The translations under genes were made by a program, and so were the position numbers. 64,000 nt of DNA, from positions 1 to 64,000 of IMG/VR virus record IMGVR_UViG_3300046542_000291, one strand, 5' to 3'. The notes beneath the pieces were generated by a model. That model made no database searches. It had not been told where the DNA came from and saw only the letters and a list, made by a program, of their open reading frames with translations. Shown piece after piece: positions 26,888-37,085 of the stretch. How positions within the stretch are numbered: position 1 is the first letter of the stretch; every line of letters starts with the position of its first letter.

Positions 26888-29167
26888 TTACTCTTCGTCG
26901 GATTGAAAGGTTGGTTGAATGAGGAACTGTTTACGGGCACCATCGTAAGCAATGGACCAGATAACCAGGTTATTGCTGTACATGCCCAGCCACTTAAGGG
27001 TCTTCTCGACCTTGCCGGCTTTGACCACGAGTGGGGTGTAGATTTCTTTCCACACTTCCACGATGCTGTAGTTGCTGGTGCCTTCATTGTCCAGAATAAC
27101 GCGGACACGGTCGAGCTTGGCAATTTCGGCGTTGAAGCGAGTACGCAGCTTGCTGAACTTCTTCTGGCGACCGCCACTGAGTACATTCAGCAGCTCGGCA
27201 TTCTCACCACCCATGGAGGTGCCAGGAATGTGAACTTCAGCTTCGCCAAACGCACGAACCGGCGATTGACGTGGGGCTACTGGTTCTACCAGAGGAATGC
27301 CGCGTGGCGATACAGTTTCGTATGCCCCGTGACCACCGTCTTCACCCATGGTGTCGTCGCCGTTGAGTACACCGTGGTCCAGTTTCACCAGCAGAGCTTG
27401 TGTAGCTTCCACCAGTGTGTGTTCTGGACTACCCTGCAGTGCAACCGGTGCGATGAACAAACGGCTAGCCGATTTCCGCAGGATGATGAGTCCGCCGGAA
27501 TCAGACAGGGTGAGTTCACCGTCGGCAGTGAGCTCTGCGTGTTCGCCATGGATAGCGCGATGACCCAGAGTCCATTGCAGGCGATAGTTCTCAACCAGGG
27601 TTTCCAGATCAGACACCCATTCTTCGGCGATTACCGCACCACGCAGATCAGCGATCACATAGCGCAGAACGCTCGAGATCACATTGTAGAACGAACGGCC
27701 ACGCTTGGTCCACAACGCCACGGCGCTATCATCAGCGTTGATGGTTTGCGCAGAGAAGTCGTAGCGGAACACTTCGGTCAGATCACGGGCTACCAGGGTG
27801 ACACTACCGGGTTCAACCAACAGCTTATGACCACGGATACCGGCTTGGAACTGGTGACGCTCTTCCAGATCCAATTTCTTTTCGCGAGCAACATTACCCA
27901 GCTCGGACAGGAGCGAGGCAAACATGGTGTCGCGGAAAGTAGCCAGGCCATCGGGTGTGACCGGAACAGGCGGGATGATGAACGGCGAGTACAACTGCTT
28001 GCTGATTGTCGCCATTGCATCGGCCATGTCCGGTAGAAGGCTCAGATCGATTTCGTCAAAGTCACCTACTCGGGATACACTCCCCAGGTATTTGCCGTTA
28101 CGCACGAAGCCGACTGCTTCCGAAGTCATTTCCATGAAGATGCCATTGTCAGACATGCCTTGGTGAACACCACCCATGACAAACTGAACCAGTGGATGAC
28201 GATCGATCTTTTCAGCGTGCTTGAGGATAGCGGTCTTTGGCGAAGTAAACTGGATCGCCGATGCCTCCTCGATTTGCGCTTCTGGATCTACCGCCACGTC
28301 CTGACCGAGGTCAGTACCGTCTTCGGGCAACGCAGGTTCATGCAGATCCTGTTCGGTCGTGTAGGTCACATTACCAGCCATGACTTGATTCACCAGCTCT
28401 GCCAGGAAAGCCAGGATACGACTGATGTGGTGACCACATGGCTCAACCACTTCTTCGTGATAGCTCTTCAGCCAGTTGGCACCCAGGCGCATCCCGCCGG
28501 TGGTTTTGTTGATGACGAGCAATACTTGTTCTGGTGCTTTGGTGAACAGGGTAATCTGTCCACCTTCATTGCGGAGGTAGTAACCCACCGCAGTGATGCA
28601 CCAGCCGCTTGCACTGCGCAGCTCGCTGTAGTGTTCCACCTGTTGAATGATGGCCGAGCGGACAACGTCCCACATCGGTTCTTTCTTCAGGAGTTCACTC
28701 AGGTCGATGGCTTCGAGCGTACCACCCGCTTCTTCAGCTTCCGGGGTGTTCAGTGCACCGCCAGCGATTTCTTCAGCTGTCTTGGCAAGTTCATCTTTGA
28801 CGGCCAGTCGAGTGATGTTTTCCAGGGTAGCCATTACCGACCGATTGTTACGATCGATACCCGCGTTGGCACTGTAGAACGAGCCAAGGTAGTTGCCGCT
28901 GACGGACATCTGGCCGGTGGCGTCATGGATCTGGAAGATCGGACGTTCAGGGGCAGTGGAACCGACGACGATCAGATCGCCCGTTTGCTTGAGTGTAAAA
29001 CCGTTGTTCTCCATGGAGAAGTCCTGGAGCGCATGATGCGTCAGCAGTTCACTCTTCTGCTTGAACGCTTTGATGATGTCGTGGATCTTGGTAACGAAGG
29101 TAGGCCAGGCTGGATCGGAAACCAGATTAGCAACCAGGTCAGTGTTGTTGTGTTGTGCATCAGACAT
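26888..29167 (-). CDS. large early protein with internal repeats (759 aa)
   Basis: GAGG SD, early promoter at 29207. Confidence 0.85.
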   Translation of the reverse strand: MSDAQHNNTDLVANLVSDPAWPTFVTKIHDIIKAFKQKSELLTHHALQDFSMENNGFTLKQTGDLIVVGSTAPERPIFQIHDATGQMSVSGNYLGSFYSANAGIDRNNRSVMATLENITRLAVKDELAKTAEEIAGGALNTPEAEEAGGTLEAIDLSELLKKEPMWDVVRSAIIQQVEHYSELRSASGWCITAVGYYLRNEGGQITLFTKAPEQVLLVINKTTGGMRLGANWLKSYHEEVVEPCGHHISRILAFLAELVNQVMAGNVTYTTEQDLHEPALPEDGTDLGQDVAVDPEAQIEEASAIQFTSPKTAILKHAEKIDRHPLVQFVMGGVHQGMSDNGIFMEMTSEAVGFVRNGKYLGSVSRVGDFDEIDLSLLPDMADAMATISKQLYSPFIIPPVPVTPDGLATFRDTMFASLLSELGNVAREKKLDLEERHQFQAGIRGHKLLVEPGSVTLVARDLTEVFRYDFSAQTINADDSAVALWTKRGRSFYNVISSVLRYVIADLRGAVIAEEWVSDLETLVENYRLQWTLGHRAIHGEHAELTADGELTLSDSGGLIILRKSASRLFIAPVALQGSPEHTLVEATQALLVKLDHGVLNGDDTMGEDGGHGAYETVSPRGIPLVEPVAPRQSPVRAFGEAEVHIPGTSMGGENAELLNVLSGGRQKKFSKLRTRFNAEIAKLDRVRVILDNEGTSNYSIVEVWKEIYTPLVVKAGKVEKTLKWLGMYSNNLVIWSIAYDGARKQFLIQPTFQSDEE

Positions 29168-29206
29168 GTTGAAGCCTCTTTGCTTAGTGGGATGAATTAC
29201 ACTTTT

Positions 29207-29224
29207 GTAATATAGGTTTTAAAA
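29207..29224 (-). promoter_or_regulatory. early-type promoter TTTTAAAACCTATATTAC
   Basis: Best match to the phiKZ-like early consensus. Confidence 0.75.
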
Positions 29225-29243
29225 TGCTTTGAATGTAGGCAAA

Positions 29244-29276
29244 CATAAGCCCCTCCCAAACGGGAGGGGCTATATG
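29244..29276. terminator. terminator after terminase
   Basis: GCCCCTCCC-AAAC-GGGAGGGGC. Confidence 0.8.
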
Positions 29277-29279
29277 CCG

Positions 29280-31436
29280 TTACAGGGTTACTTGTGGACT
29301 GAAACGATTGGAACGAACACGACGAGAGCGTTCGTCTTTCACTTGACGAATCATGGCGTCGATACCAACACCAGCCGATTCTTCCAGGTTTACTAATCTG
29401 GCCATTGCCCTCAGCTTGAGTTCGATCTGAGCGGAGATCATCGGGTTCTTCTCAACCTTCATCTCTTCGACCAGTTTCTCAAAGTCGGCCTTCACCTTGT
29501 TGGCTTTCTGTTCGTGGTACAACTCAACCTTGGTTGGGATATAGTCACGCAGCGTTGCCTTGGAGAAGATGACGTTAGAACGGATGCCGTAGTACGACAA
29601 GTTCTGACCACGGATGCACACCCAGTGACCCAGCAGCATCGAGATCACCAAGTCATCGTGGTTACCGCGACTGTGGTCAATCCGACCGTTGCGAATCGTC
29701 AGGGACAGGATCTCTGTAATCAACAGGTTATCCTGGATACGGCGAGCCCCGTACACCATCGAGGATGGCAGAGCTTCCATATAGAGGCTGTCACGAGAAT
29801 ACCGACCACTACCGTTCGTAGCGTAACCGAAGTAACGCTTGAATCGATCGTAGAAGGACGGCTGACGTACCGACAATGGAGTTTGAATATCACGGAACTC
29901 TGTTTCCAGAATCGTGCACTCATCCACACACCGGTTGAAGATACGCTTGAACGGATCTTGACCCGCCCGGTGCAATGCAACAACCACGTAGTCGATGATG
30001 GCGGTACCCAACGACTTCCGTTCTGGAACGAACAAGACGTTTTGGTATTTGATCAACAGGTCAGCAAAGAACTGTGAAAGCTGTTGAACGTTGGTTTCAT
30101 TGTAACGCCCAGTCGCGATAATGTCATGCGTCTCGATGTCGAAGATAACCATACCCGTGGAGTCGTTGTCACGACCTAAGAGTTCAGAGGGGTCGACACC
30201 CATCATGAATTTACTGTTGGCCATCTTGTCAGCAATCTGTTCACGGGGAACAAACCAACGGATGGTGTATCCAGTTGGGGTGATCTCAATGAAGTTCGGT
30301 TCCCGTTCGGATTCCTTGATCAGCTTCTTCTCTTCTTGGGAGATAGGCGAACCTTCACCACCCACAGTCCAGATGTTAAAGTAATCTCGGTCAGCGATCT
30401 CGCCGTACTGTGCAGATTCACGCAGAGTGCTGAAGAGCCATTCGTCGGTACGACCAAGCTGTCGGTGGTTAAATGCACCGTAGATGATGGGCTTCTTGCC
30501 GGACGACGATTTCTCTACAACCTTACGCAGTTCCTTAGGTCCAGACAGATCGAAGAACTTCTCTGTCCATGGAGCACCGCCAGTCAAGAACTCGTGAGCG
30601 AATGCCCCATCTCGGGTGGTGATGTTACCTGCGGTTGTGGTGAACACGTTACCGTAGGGTTGACCGTTTGCACGCGCTTCATCACGAGCCGCAGAACCCG
30701 ATGCCAGTGCTACCGGCAGCGAGTACTCGATCAAGTTGATGTACGCCAATTCGTCGAAGTGCATGATAGGTACGGTCAAGCCTCGACCGAGTTTATCCGC
30801 AGCGATCTTGTCGTTACGACCTACAGCTGTCTTGTACTTGTTGTTCAAACGAATACAAGTCATCAGCTCTTGGTTGTCTGCGTCCATTGGATCTTTCAAA
30901 TGGATGTAATCAGGCAACAGGTCTTGCATTACCTTCAGACGCTCGATGTTAGCGTTCCGCAGTTTGCTGTCTTTTGTAATCAGGTTGATTACGGTGTTCT
31001 CACCCCAGACATACATCATACCTGTCATCAGTACGTCTGTCGATACAGACTTACCGGTCTGTCGAGGTTGTAGCAACCCGAAGTCAATGTGGTTGAAGAA
31101 CGACCAGAACAGGGAGATGTTACCCCGGTTCGCTTTAAACGGGATTGGGTTGTTACCCGAGGTCGGAGGAATGCGTGCAATCTCTCGGAAGTAATACCAA
31201 GGGTTGTACTTCGTCTCCAACCAGATTTTCATCTTGGTAGCATCATCAAGGTTAGGGTCGTAAGGATCTACCCCTTGGAGCTCAGGCTGCAAAAGAGCCA
31301 AGCAGAATTCAGCGTTCTCGATACCCATCTTCTTGTAGAGGGCAACCAGTTTCAAGAACGATACGTTGCGTGTTTGTGTGTCGGCAATGGCACTGGGGAA
31401 CTCTGCCCAGTCTTCCTTCCATAAAATCGTCCGCAT
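29280..31436 (-). CDS. terL: terminase large subunit (718 aa)
   Basis: Walker A PRQTGKS, Walker B MHFDE, RNase H-like MGVDPS and HDD motifs. Confidence 0.92.
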   Translation of the reverse strand: MRTILWKEDWAEFPSAIADTQTRNVSFLKLVALYKKMGIENAEFCLALLQPELQGVDPYDPNLDDATKMKIWLETKYNPWYYFREIARIPPTSGNNPIPFKANRGNISLFWSFFNHIDFGLLQPRQTGKSVSTDVLMTGMMYVWGENTVINLITKDSKLRNANIERLKVMQDLLPDYIHLKDPMDADNQELMTCIRLNNKYKTAVGRNDKIAADKLGRGLTVPIMHFDELAYINLIEYSLPVALASGSAARDEARANGQPYGNVFTTTAGNITTRDGAFAHEFLTGGAPWTEKFFDLSGPKELRKVVEKSSSGKKPIIYGAFNHRQLGRTDEWLFSTLRESAQYGEIADRDYFNIWTVGGEGSPISQEEKKLIKESEREPNFIEITPTGYTIRWFVPREQIADKMANSKFMMGVDPSELLGRDNDSTGMVIFDIETHDIIATGRYNETNVQQLSQFFADLLIKYQNVLFVPERKSLGTAIIDYVVVALHRAGQDPFKRIFNRCVDECTILETEFRDIQTPLSVRQPSFYDRFKRYFGYATNGSGRYSRDSLYMEALPSSMVYGARRIQDNLLITEILSLTIRNGRIDHSRGNHDDLVISMLLGHWVCIRGQNLSYYGIRSNVIFSKATLRDYIPTKVELYHEQKANKVKADFEKLVEEMKVEKNPMISAQIELKLRAMARLVNLEESAGVGIDAMIRQVKDERSRRVRSNRFSPQVTL

Positions 31437-31501
31437 GTTATATACCTCAGGTCAGTAAAATAATAATCCATATCATTATCACATACATAGAGGACATTAG
31501 A

Positions 31502-32656
31502 ATGCATGAATGGAAAGCGGTACAGGGTTTTTCAAAGTACGAGGCGAACACATCTGGTCAAATTAGAGTTATTGCGTCAGGGATTATCCGATTACCACAT
31601 GTTAGGAAAGAGGATGGGTACTATCAACTAACCTTGATTGACGATTTCTGTAAGCCATATACGACGACAGTACATCGGCTTATCGCGGAAACGTTTATTG
31701 TTAACCCGGAAGACAAAAGAACCGTTAATCACAAGGATGGCGATAAAGGGAACAACGCCGTTGATAACCTTGAGTGGGCTACTCACAAGGAGAACATCGA
31801 CCATGCGCACGATACGGGGCTGGTTAAATATACGTTCCACATTGATGTTACCGACGAGGTAACCGGTGAGACAGTCAGCTATCGCAGTAAACGCGAATTC
31901 TTTACTCAGTTCGGTTTAACGAAGCACGAAGCTGAAATGGCTTTGGCGAAGAGAGAGGATCTTTTTCTCTCCCGTTATCGAATTGAGGTTATACGGACCA
32001 GTGTTCGGGAGTCAGGTAAGCAGAGACATCTTTGCGGCTTTGATTTTAAGTTAGGTGAATTTGCCCGGTGTACCTCAAGAAAATCGGCCAGTGCACACTT
32101 CAAGATAACGGAAGGCTGCTTGGTTACAGGCCTAAAAGAAGGTAAACTGGTCAATGGGGTCTACCTGTGGTACGTTGACGATAGTGAAGGTGAAACTGGT
32201 TTATCTACCGTTACCGATGCGCAAGTCAAAGCGTCTGTGGTTGCGTATAAGGAACGTTTCAGTGGCAAGGCCTCCTACCACGTCAAGAATTACTTGACGG
32301 GGACTGTGGTTAGTCACAGCTCCATGCAAGCTGTTGCTACTCACTTTAGGCTACCTCTAGATACCGTTACCAAACATCTACAGTACCGGAAAGAGCATTT
32401 GCTATTTGGACAGTTCATCAAACGCGGTTATGATCACTGCGATTTCCCTAAATTCACAGATGATCAAATCCAGGTTAGCTTACTAGGTGCAGGGAATTCG
32501 GTTAACCCTCTTAAATCTACCCTCAACGAAACAGGAGAGATTACATACTGGCGTTCGGTACATGGTTTTTGTATGGCTAATGGATTAAATAAATCGACTG
32601 GTTCACGTTTGGTACACGCCAACAAAGTTCCCGGGTTTGACATTGTGTTCCTATGA
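31502..32656 (+). mobile_element. free-standing NUMOD4-HNH homing endonuclease (384 aa)
   Basis: NUMOD4-like start (WKAVQGFSKYEAN..GQIR), VHRLIAETF..VNHKDGDKGNN...NLEWAT..EN..H; AT-richer; antisense within the virion operon. Confidence 0.85.
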
Positions 32657-32659
32657 CAA

Positions 32660-32692
32660 CATAAAAGCCTTCCCGTTGGGGAAGGCTTTATG
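32660..32692. terminator. bidirectional hairpin terminator
   Basis: AAAGCCTTCCC-GTTG-GGGAAGGCTTT between convergent genes. Confidence 0.8.
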
Positions 32693-32703
32693 CCGTTTTA
32701 CAT

Positions 32704-34365
32704 TTACCGCTGTTTGACAGGCACGGCTGTCATTGCCAACTGCAAATCGGTCTGAGCAGTACGACGAATCCACTGAATGTACAGAAGCTCGCCATTGGCC
32801 AGATCGTTGTTGACCTTCAGCACAGAGTTCCACTGATTGACAGAGAACTCGTACTCGTTGTGCAGGAACTTCACTCGGAAGTGAGTTGGGATCGGAGCTG
32901 TAACTTCTTCTGCCGGGTTGATCAACGGCTCGGCATTGAAGTACATCTTGGTCAGCCACAGTTCCTTGGTTTGGAAACCATTCGCCAGGCGAAGGTCCCA
33001 CTGGTTGACAGCCAGCATGTCCACGTCGGCGATGAGATCGCGACCGTAAGCATCGACTTGATCCGGACGTGCACGGATCTCCCAGTTCGCACCTTGGCTC
33101 GTGCCGTCGTTCAGCAGCGCCACTTGGAAGTTGGCTACGAAACGGTACGGCTTGAAGGTACCATCGACATCGTTCAGGTTCACACCGAAAGTGAGATCCT
33201 GGATGAAGCCGTAACCCTTCGGATCGAACGGACGGGAAGTAGCACCCAACTGAGCGTGAGGTGTAACGTTCCAGAAGCGTTCACGGTCCTGGTTGTAAAG
33301 CCAGAACTCCAGACGGTAACCCACAGCTGCGTTGACCCACACTGGGTACACGAACAGACGACATTCGTAAGCACCTTCGGCCGGAGTCGTACGGGCAATG
33401 TAACGCTCGGTGATTTCACGGTCGGTAGTTGGGTTAGTACCGTAGGAGATTTCGTCTTCAGCCAAAGCGTACTTCAGCGTCATCTCGAACTCTTGCCCTA
33501 CGGTCGTAGCGATGTAGTTACGCAGACCCAACAGTTTCATTGGACCGCTGTTCGCCGACATCCGTACACGTTTACCATCACGGTAAACAACCACACCTGT
33601 CAGCGGCAAAGACTCTACCGTGATGTTGAGTGGGAACTCGATGACCCGAGGATCAGAAGGCGAGATGTAAGGGGAGTCGATCAGGATGCCCTTCACGTAC
33701 CGTTTAGCGGTATCCGGTTGACGGATGGCTTCGGTGTTACGGACAACCAACTGCGCGATCGAGAGCTGTTTACCCAGCGCGCTGTAAGCCACCAGAGTAA
33801 CGCGGTCACCATCATCCATCTTCCGGGACGTGTAACCAACCATTGGGGCAGTGATGCCTTGGCGGGTCGACGATGGATCGCGAACGATCTCAACCGGAAT
33901 GAATGGACCGAGGAAAGTTCCCGACGGGTCCCAGAACTCGGAGATGATCTCGCCGAACTCTTCGGAAATATCGCTACCGTAGAAGACTTTGTACTGGGTG
34001 ACTTGCGTACCATAGAAATGGCAACGCAGATCAGGGGCCAGGGTGTGTGGAGTAACCGTGGTGTCCAGGAACATCCGGAAAGACTCCGAAGTGTAACCTG
34101 GGCCAGTTGCTACCAACACGTTTTCTGGACCGTCTGGATCGGGGGCTACTGGAGGAGTCCAGAGTTCCAATACAGACATACCCGTGGATGGATCGACGTC
34201 GATAACGCGGAAGGTACCTTGGTCCCAATCGCGCACTTCGTCATCGATGTTCGGAACCCATTTGTCAGTCTGCCCAGGGACGCTGACAATCTGGCTCCGC
34301 AACCAAGACCGGTAACCCCGGTCCGGGTCGTAGAAGTTACTGCGTTCAAATGCCGTGAATGCCAT
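32704..34365 (-). CDS. virion structural protein (553 aa, phiKZ gp26-like)
   Basis: Size and position in the conserved terminase-sheath block. Confidence 0.8.
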   Translation of the reverse strand: MAFTAFERSNFYDPDRGYRSWLRSQIVSVPGQTDKWVPNIDDEVRDWDQGTFRVIDVDPSTGMSVLELWTPPVAPDPDGPENVLVATGPGYTSESFRMFLDTTVTPHTLAPDLRCHFYGTQVTQYKVFYGSDISEEFGEIISEFWDPSGTFLGPFIPVEIVRDPSSTRQGITAPMVGYTSRKMDDGDRVTLVAYSALGKQLSIAQLVVRNTEAIRQPDTAKRYVKGILIDSPYISPSDPRVIEFPLNITVESLPLTGVVVYRDGKRVRMSANSGPMKLLGLRNYIATTVGQEFEMTLKYALAEDEISYGTNPTTDREITERYIARTTPAEGAYECRLFVYPVWVNAAVGYRLEFWLYNQDRERFWNVTPHAQLGATSRPFDPKGYGFIQDLTFGVNLNDVDGTFKPYRFVANFQVALLNDGTSQGANWEIRARPDQVDAYGRDLIADVDMLAVNQWDLRLANGFQTKELWLTKMYFNAEPLINPAEEVTAPIPTHFRVKFLHNEYEFSVNQWNSVLKVNNDLANGELLYIQWIRRTAQTDLQLAMTAVPVKQR

Positions 34366-34367
34366 TT

Positions 34368-37073
34368 TTACGTTCTCGTGATGTAGATGAATGGTGCGAG
34401 GTCGGGCACTACGCGGAGGTTCATCTTCAGGATGCGGACAAAGAAGTCGTATTCCTGAATCGTCACACCTACCGGATCAGGCAACCAATGCGGATATACT
34501 TTCACATGGTTAGTGTTGTATTCCCGGTTGCACATATCGAAAGGTTTCAGCCAATCGTACTGCGCCGTTACTCGAGCGATGTCCATCTCACTGTAGAACC
34601 CATTCACCAGTGGTGGCTTCAGCGTACCCTTCACAATCTCGTGGAGGATCTTGTTCGCATAGACCGAAAACACATGGTAGTGTACTGGGATCTGATCTGG
34701 GTTAGGACGTGGACGCTGAGGGAAATACTCAGTCATGTAGTCACTGACTTGTTTGTCAATGGCGTCGTCTTTTACCCGAGCTGCCATGTCCGGTTGATAA
34801 ACATCACGGAACGAAGGCTGTGGAGTTTGGATCTGGTAAGGAGCACCGTTACGCTCGTCCTGGATAACCAGGTCAGCGAAGTCTTCCTCGAACTTCACAT
34901 CTTTGAAATCACGGTAGTGGCCGTCAATGATGATCCGCTGCATCTTGTGCGTATGGATATCGTAGACTGCGTTACCGGACAACACACCGTACTCGACAAA
35001 GCCGAATTCGGTAGGTGCCCAAAGCTGGAGGTCTGGCGAGCAGAAACCTGTACCGCGAATCAACACGGTGTTCAGGTCATCGAGGTATTCCAAGTTGCAC
35101 AACACAACCTTCGTTTCAGCAAAGGTGTTTCCTGGAATGATGACGTAGTCGAGGTTCTCGATCAGTGGACGGTTATTAAGGAAGACGTCCAATTGACCGA
35201 ATGGGATTTCCATCAGGGTAGAGACCGTCTCACCACCTTCAGTTTTCTCATGACGGAAGCTGAATTGAATCCAACCTGTCGTCTTGTTGAACTGATACGT
35301 TTCCATGTAGAAACGATGATCACGTCGTACCAAGCCTTTCCATTGGTTAGCCTGAGCCAACCACCGCCATACCGGCGTATCCCCTGTGGTATCTTCGAAG
35401 CCCCAATCCGCCCGGTTAGGGAGATCAGTAATGTCGATCCACTCACCCGTAGGTTCCCCAGCCCACACCGGTGTTACATAGACCCGGTAACCATAGCCAC
35501 CTGAGATGTCCACGGGGTCCAGTCCGTACTTCCCGTCAAGGTTATTCGAACCGTGGCCAGTTACTGCTTCCACCATGGTGCAGTTAGCGTTATGCACGCT
35601 GTACCGACGACCCGCTGTGTGGTAATAGTAATCGATCAACACACCCGTACTGTCATACTCGAATACCGTGGCATCCGTCCAGTAGTTGTAAGCGAGATCC
35701 GCTACCAACGATCCTTGGTCGTTGTAGACCTTGGATGGGTTGTTGGCCAACAGGTGAGCCGATTCGTGATAACCGTAAACATCACCAGCGAAGTTGATGG
35801 CGTCATCTTTAGGCGTGGTGAACTTGTCCGGAACTTGGAAAGCAATCGGGAAGATGATCTTCGGGTTTGCTGACATGAACTGAACGTAAGGTGCCTTCTC
35901 CAGATTAGCCGCTTGCCACACCGGTACCGAGTCTGCTCCGGTCATTGCACGAATGATGTCATCATCCTTCAACCGATACAGCTCTTGGATACGGGACGAC
36001 TCCGCAATCAACGGACGCTCATAACCAGACCGACGATGGTACACACGGATCACCATTGGATCGTTCACCGTCCACAGATCCGTAGGCCAACGAATTGGAT
36101 CAGTCGCATGGCGGGGGTCTTCTGGATGGAGAGCGATAAACTGCTCGCACCGAGACACAGGCAATGACCAATCACGGTGGGTCAGTTGACGCAACCAGTT
36201 CCCTTCGTTGTGGTGATAGCTGATACCACTGAACCGACCCAAGGCTGGGTTACTCTTACAGAGGAACACCGACAGGTCATCATAGAACTCGATGGTCGAG
36301 GTCTGCACGCTTTTCGGCAAATGCAAGATGTACTTGGTTTCGGTGTCCAACGTAGAGTTAAACGTAGGCAACGTTTTCATGGTGTATTCTTGAACACGAT
36401 AAATCGATGTATCCAAGATGAACTCACACCAATCCCCAACACCCGCTGTTACTAACGAGATCTCGTGCACGAATCGACCGTTAACCCAATACAGAGGAAC
36501 CGAGCCAGGCCGGAGAGCCAGGTAGTCCATGATTCGGATTTGGAACTGTCGAAGTTCCTCGGTGGTTTTCGGCAACAGAGTACGGGCTTCAACGAAGTGA
36601 CTCTGGGTCGATGTGGTCGAACGCTTGCTATGGAAGAAAGCATTCTGGTAGAAGTGAAGGTAAGGCTTGGTCTCATCCATCGAAGGAAACTTCGGCAGGA
36701 TCTTCACAGCCACCAAAAGGTTTTGTGTCGGTGTAATCAGAACCCAGGTTTGCGCACGTGGGAACTGAATCCCATTCCCTACGTAAACCTCACCAAGCAT
36801 CTTGTGCTCTTTAGCCAGGTACTCCAAAGACATCCACGTATTGTAGGTCTTTGGAAGGGCCAATGCAGAGGGGACAATCTGACCGATCTGGAACACATGG
36901 AACCAGTCTTTCTCTGTCTCGTACGGCAGGTCGTACTTTTCGTATTCGACCACGTAGTTCTTACGTGTCCCGTATTTGGGGGTGAGCTGACGAAGCTCAT
37001 ACTGGAACTGCCGATCTTGACCGAGGTTACACCAAACGTTATCGATCGCATGCCGCAACAGATAGTCGTTCAT
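34368..37073 (-). CDS. virion structural protein (901 aa, phiKZ gp27-like)
   Basis: Size and synteny. Confidence 0.8.
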   Translation of the reverse strand: MNDYLLRHAIDNVWCNLGQDRQFQYELRQLTPKYGTRKNYVVEYEKYDLPYETEKDWFHVFQIGQIVPSALALPKTYNTWMSLEYLAKEHKMLGEVYVGNGIQFPRAQTWVLITPTQNLLVAVKILPKFPSMDETKPYLHFYQNAFFHSKRSTTSTQSHFVEARTLLPKTTEELRQFQIRIMDYLALRPGSVPLYWVNGRFVHEISLVTAGVGDWCEFILDTSIYRVQEYTMKTLPTFNSTLDTETKYILHLPKSVQTSTIEFYDDLSVFLCKSNPALGRFSGISYHHNEGNWLRQLTHRDWSLPVSRCEQFIALHPEDPRHATDPIRWPTDLWTVNDPMVIRVYHRRSGYERPLIAESSRIQELYRLKDDDIIRAMTGADSVPVWQAANLEKAPYVQFMSANPKIIFPIAFQVPDKFTTPKDDAINFAGDVYGYHESAHLLANNPSKVYNDQGSLVADLAYNYWTDATVFEYDSTGVLIDYYYHTAGRRYSVHNANCTMVEAVTGHGSNNLDGKYGLDPVDISGGYGYRVYVTPVWAGEPTGEWIDITDLPNRADWGFEDTTGDTPVWRWLAQANQWKGLVRRDHRFYMETYQFNKTTGWIQFSFRHEKTEGGETVSTLMEIPFGQLDVFLNNRPLIENLDYVIIPGNTFAETKVVLCNLEYLDDLNTVLIRGTGFCSPDLQLWAPTEFGFVEYGVLSGNAVYDIHTHKMQRIIIDGHYRDFKDVKFEEDFADLVIQDERNGAPYQIQTPQPSFRDVYQPDMAARVKDDAIDKQVSDYMTEYFPQRPRPNPDQIPVHYHVFSVYANKILHEIVKGTLKPPLVNGFYSEMDIARVTAQYDWLKPFDMCNREYNTNHVKVYPHWLPDPVGVTIQEYDFFVRILKMNLRVVPDLAPFIYITRT

Positions 37074-37085
37074 TTATATCCCCTG

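Noticed and set aside
29280-31436. Possible intron or intein in terminase, DNA polymerase or nrdA
   Set aside because: All three are uninterrupted ORFs of the expected size, with no intein C/HN motifs noticed.
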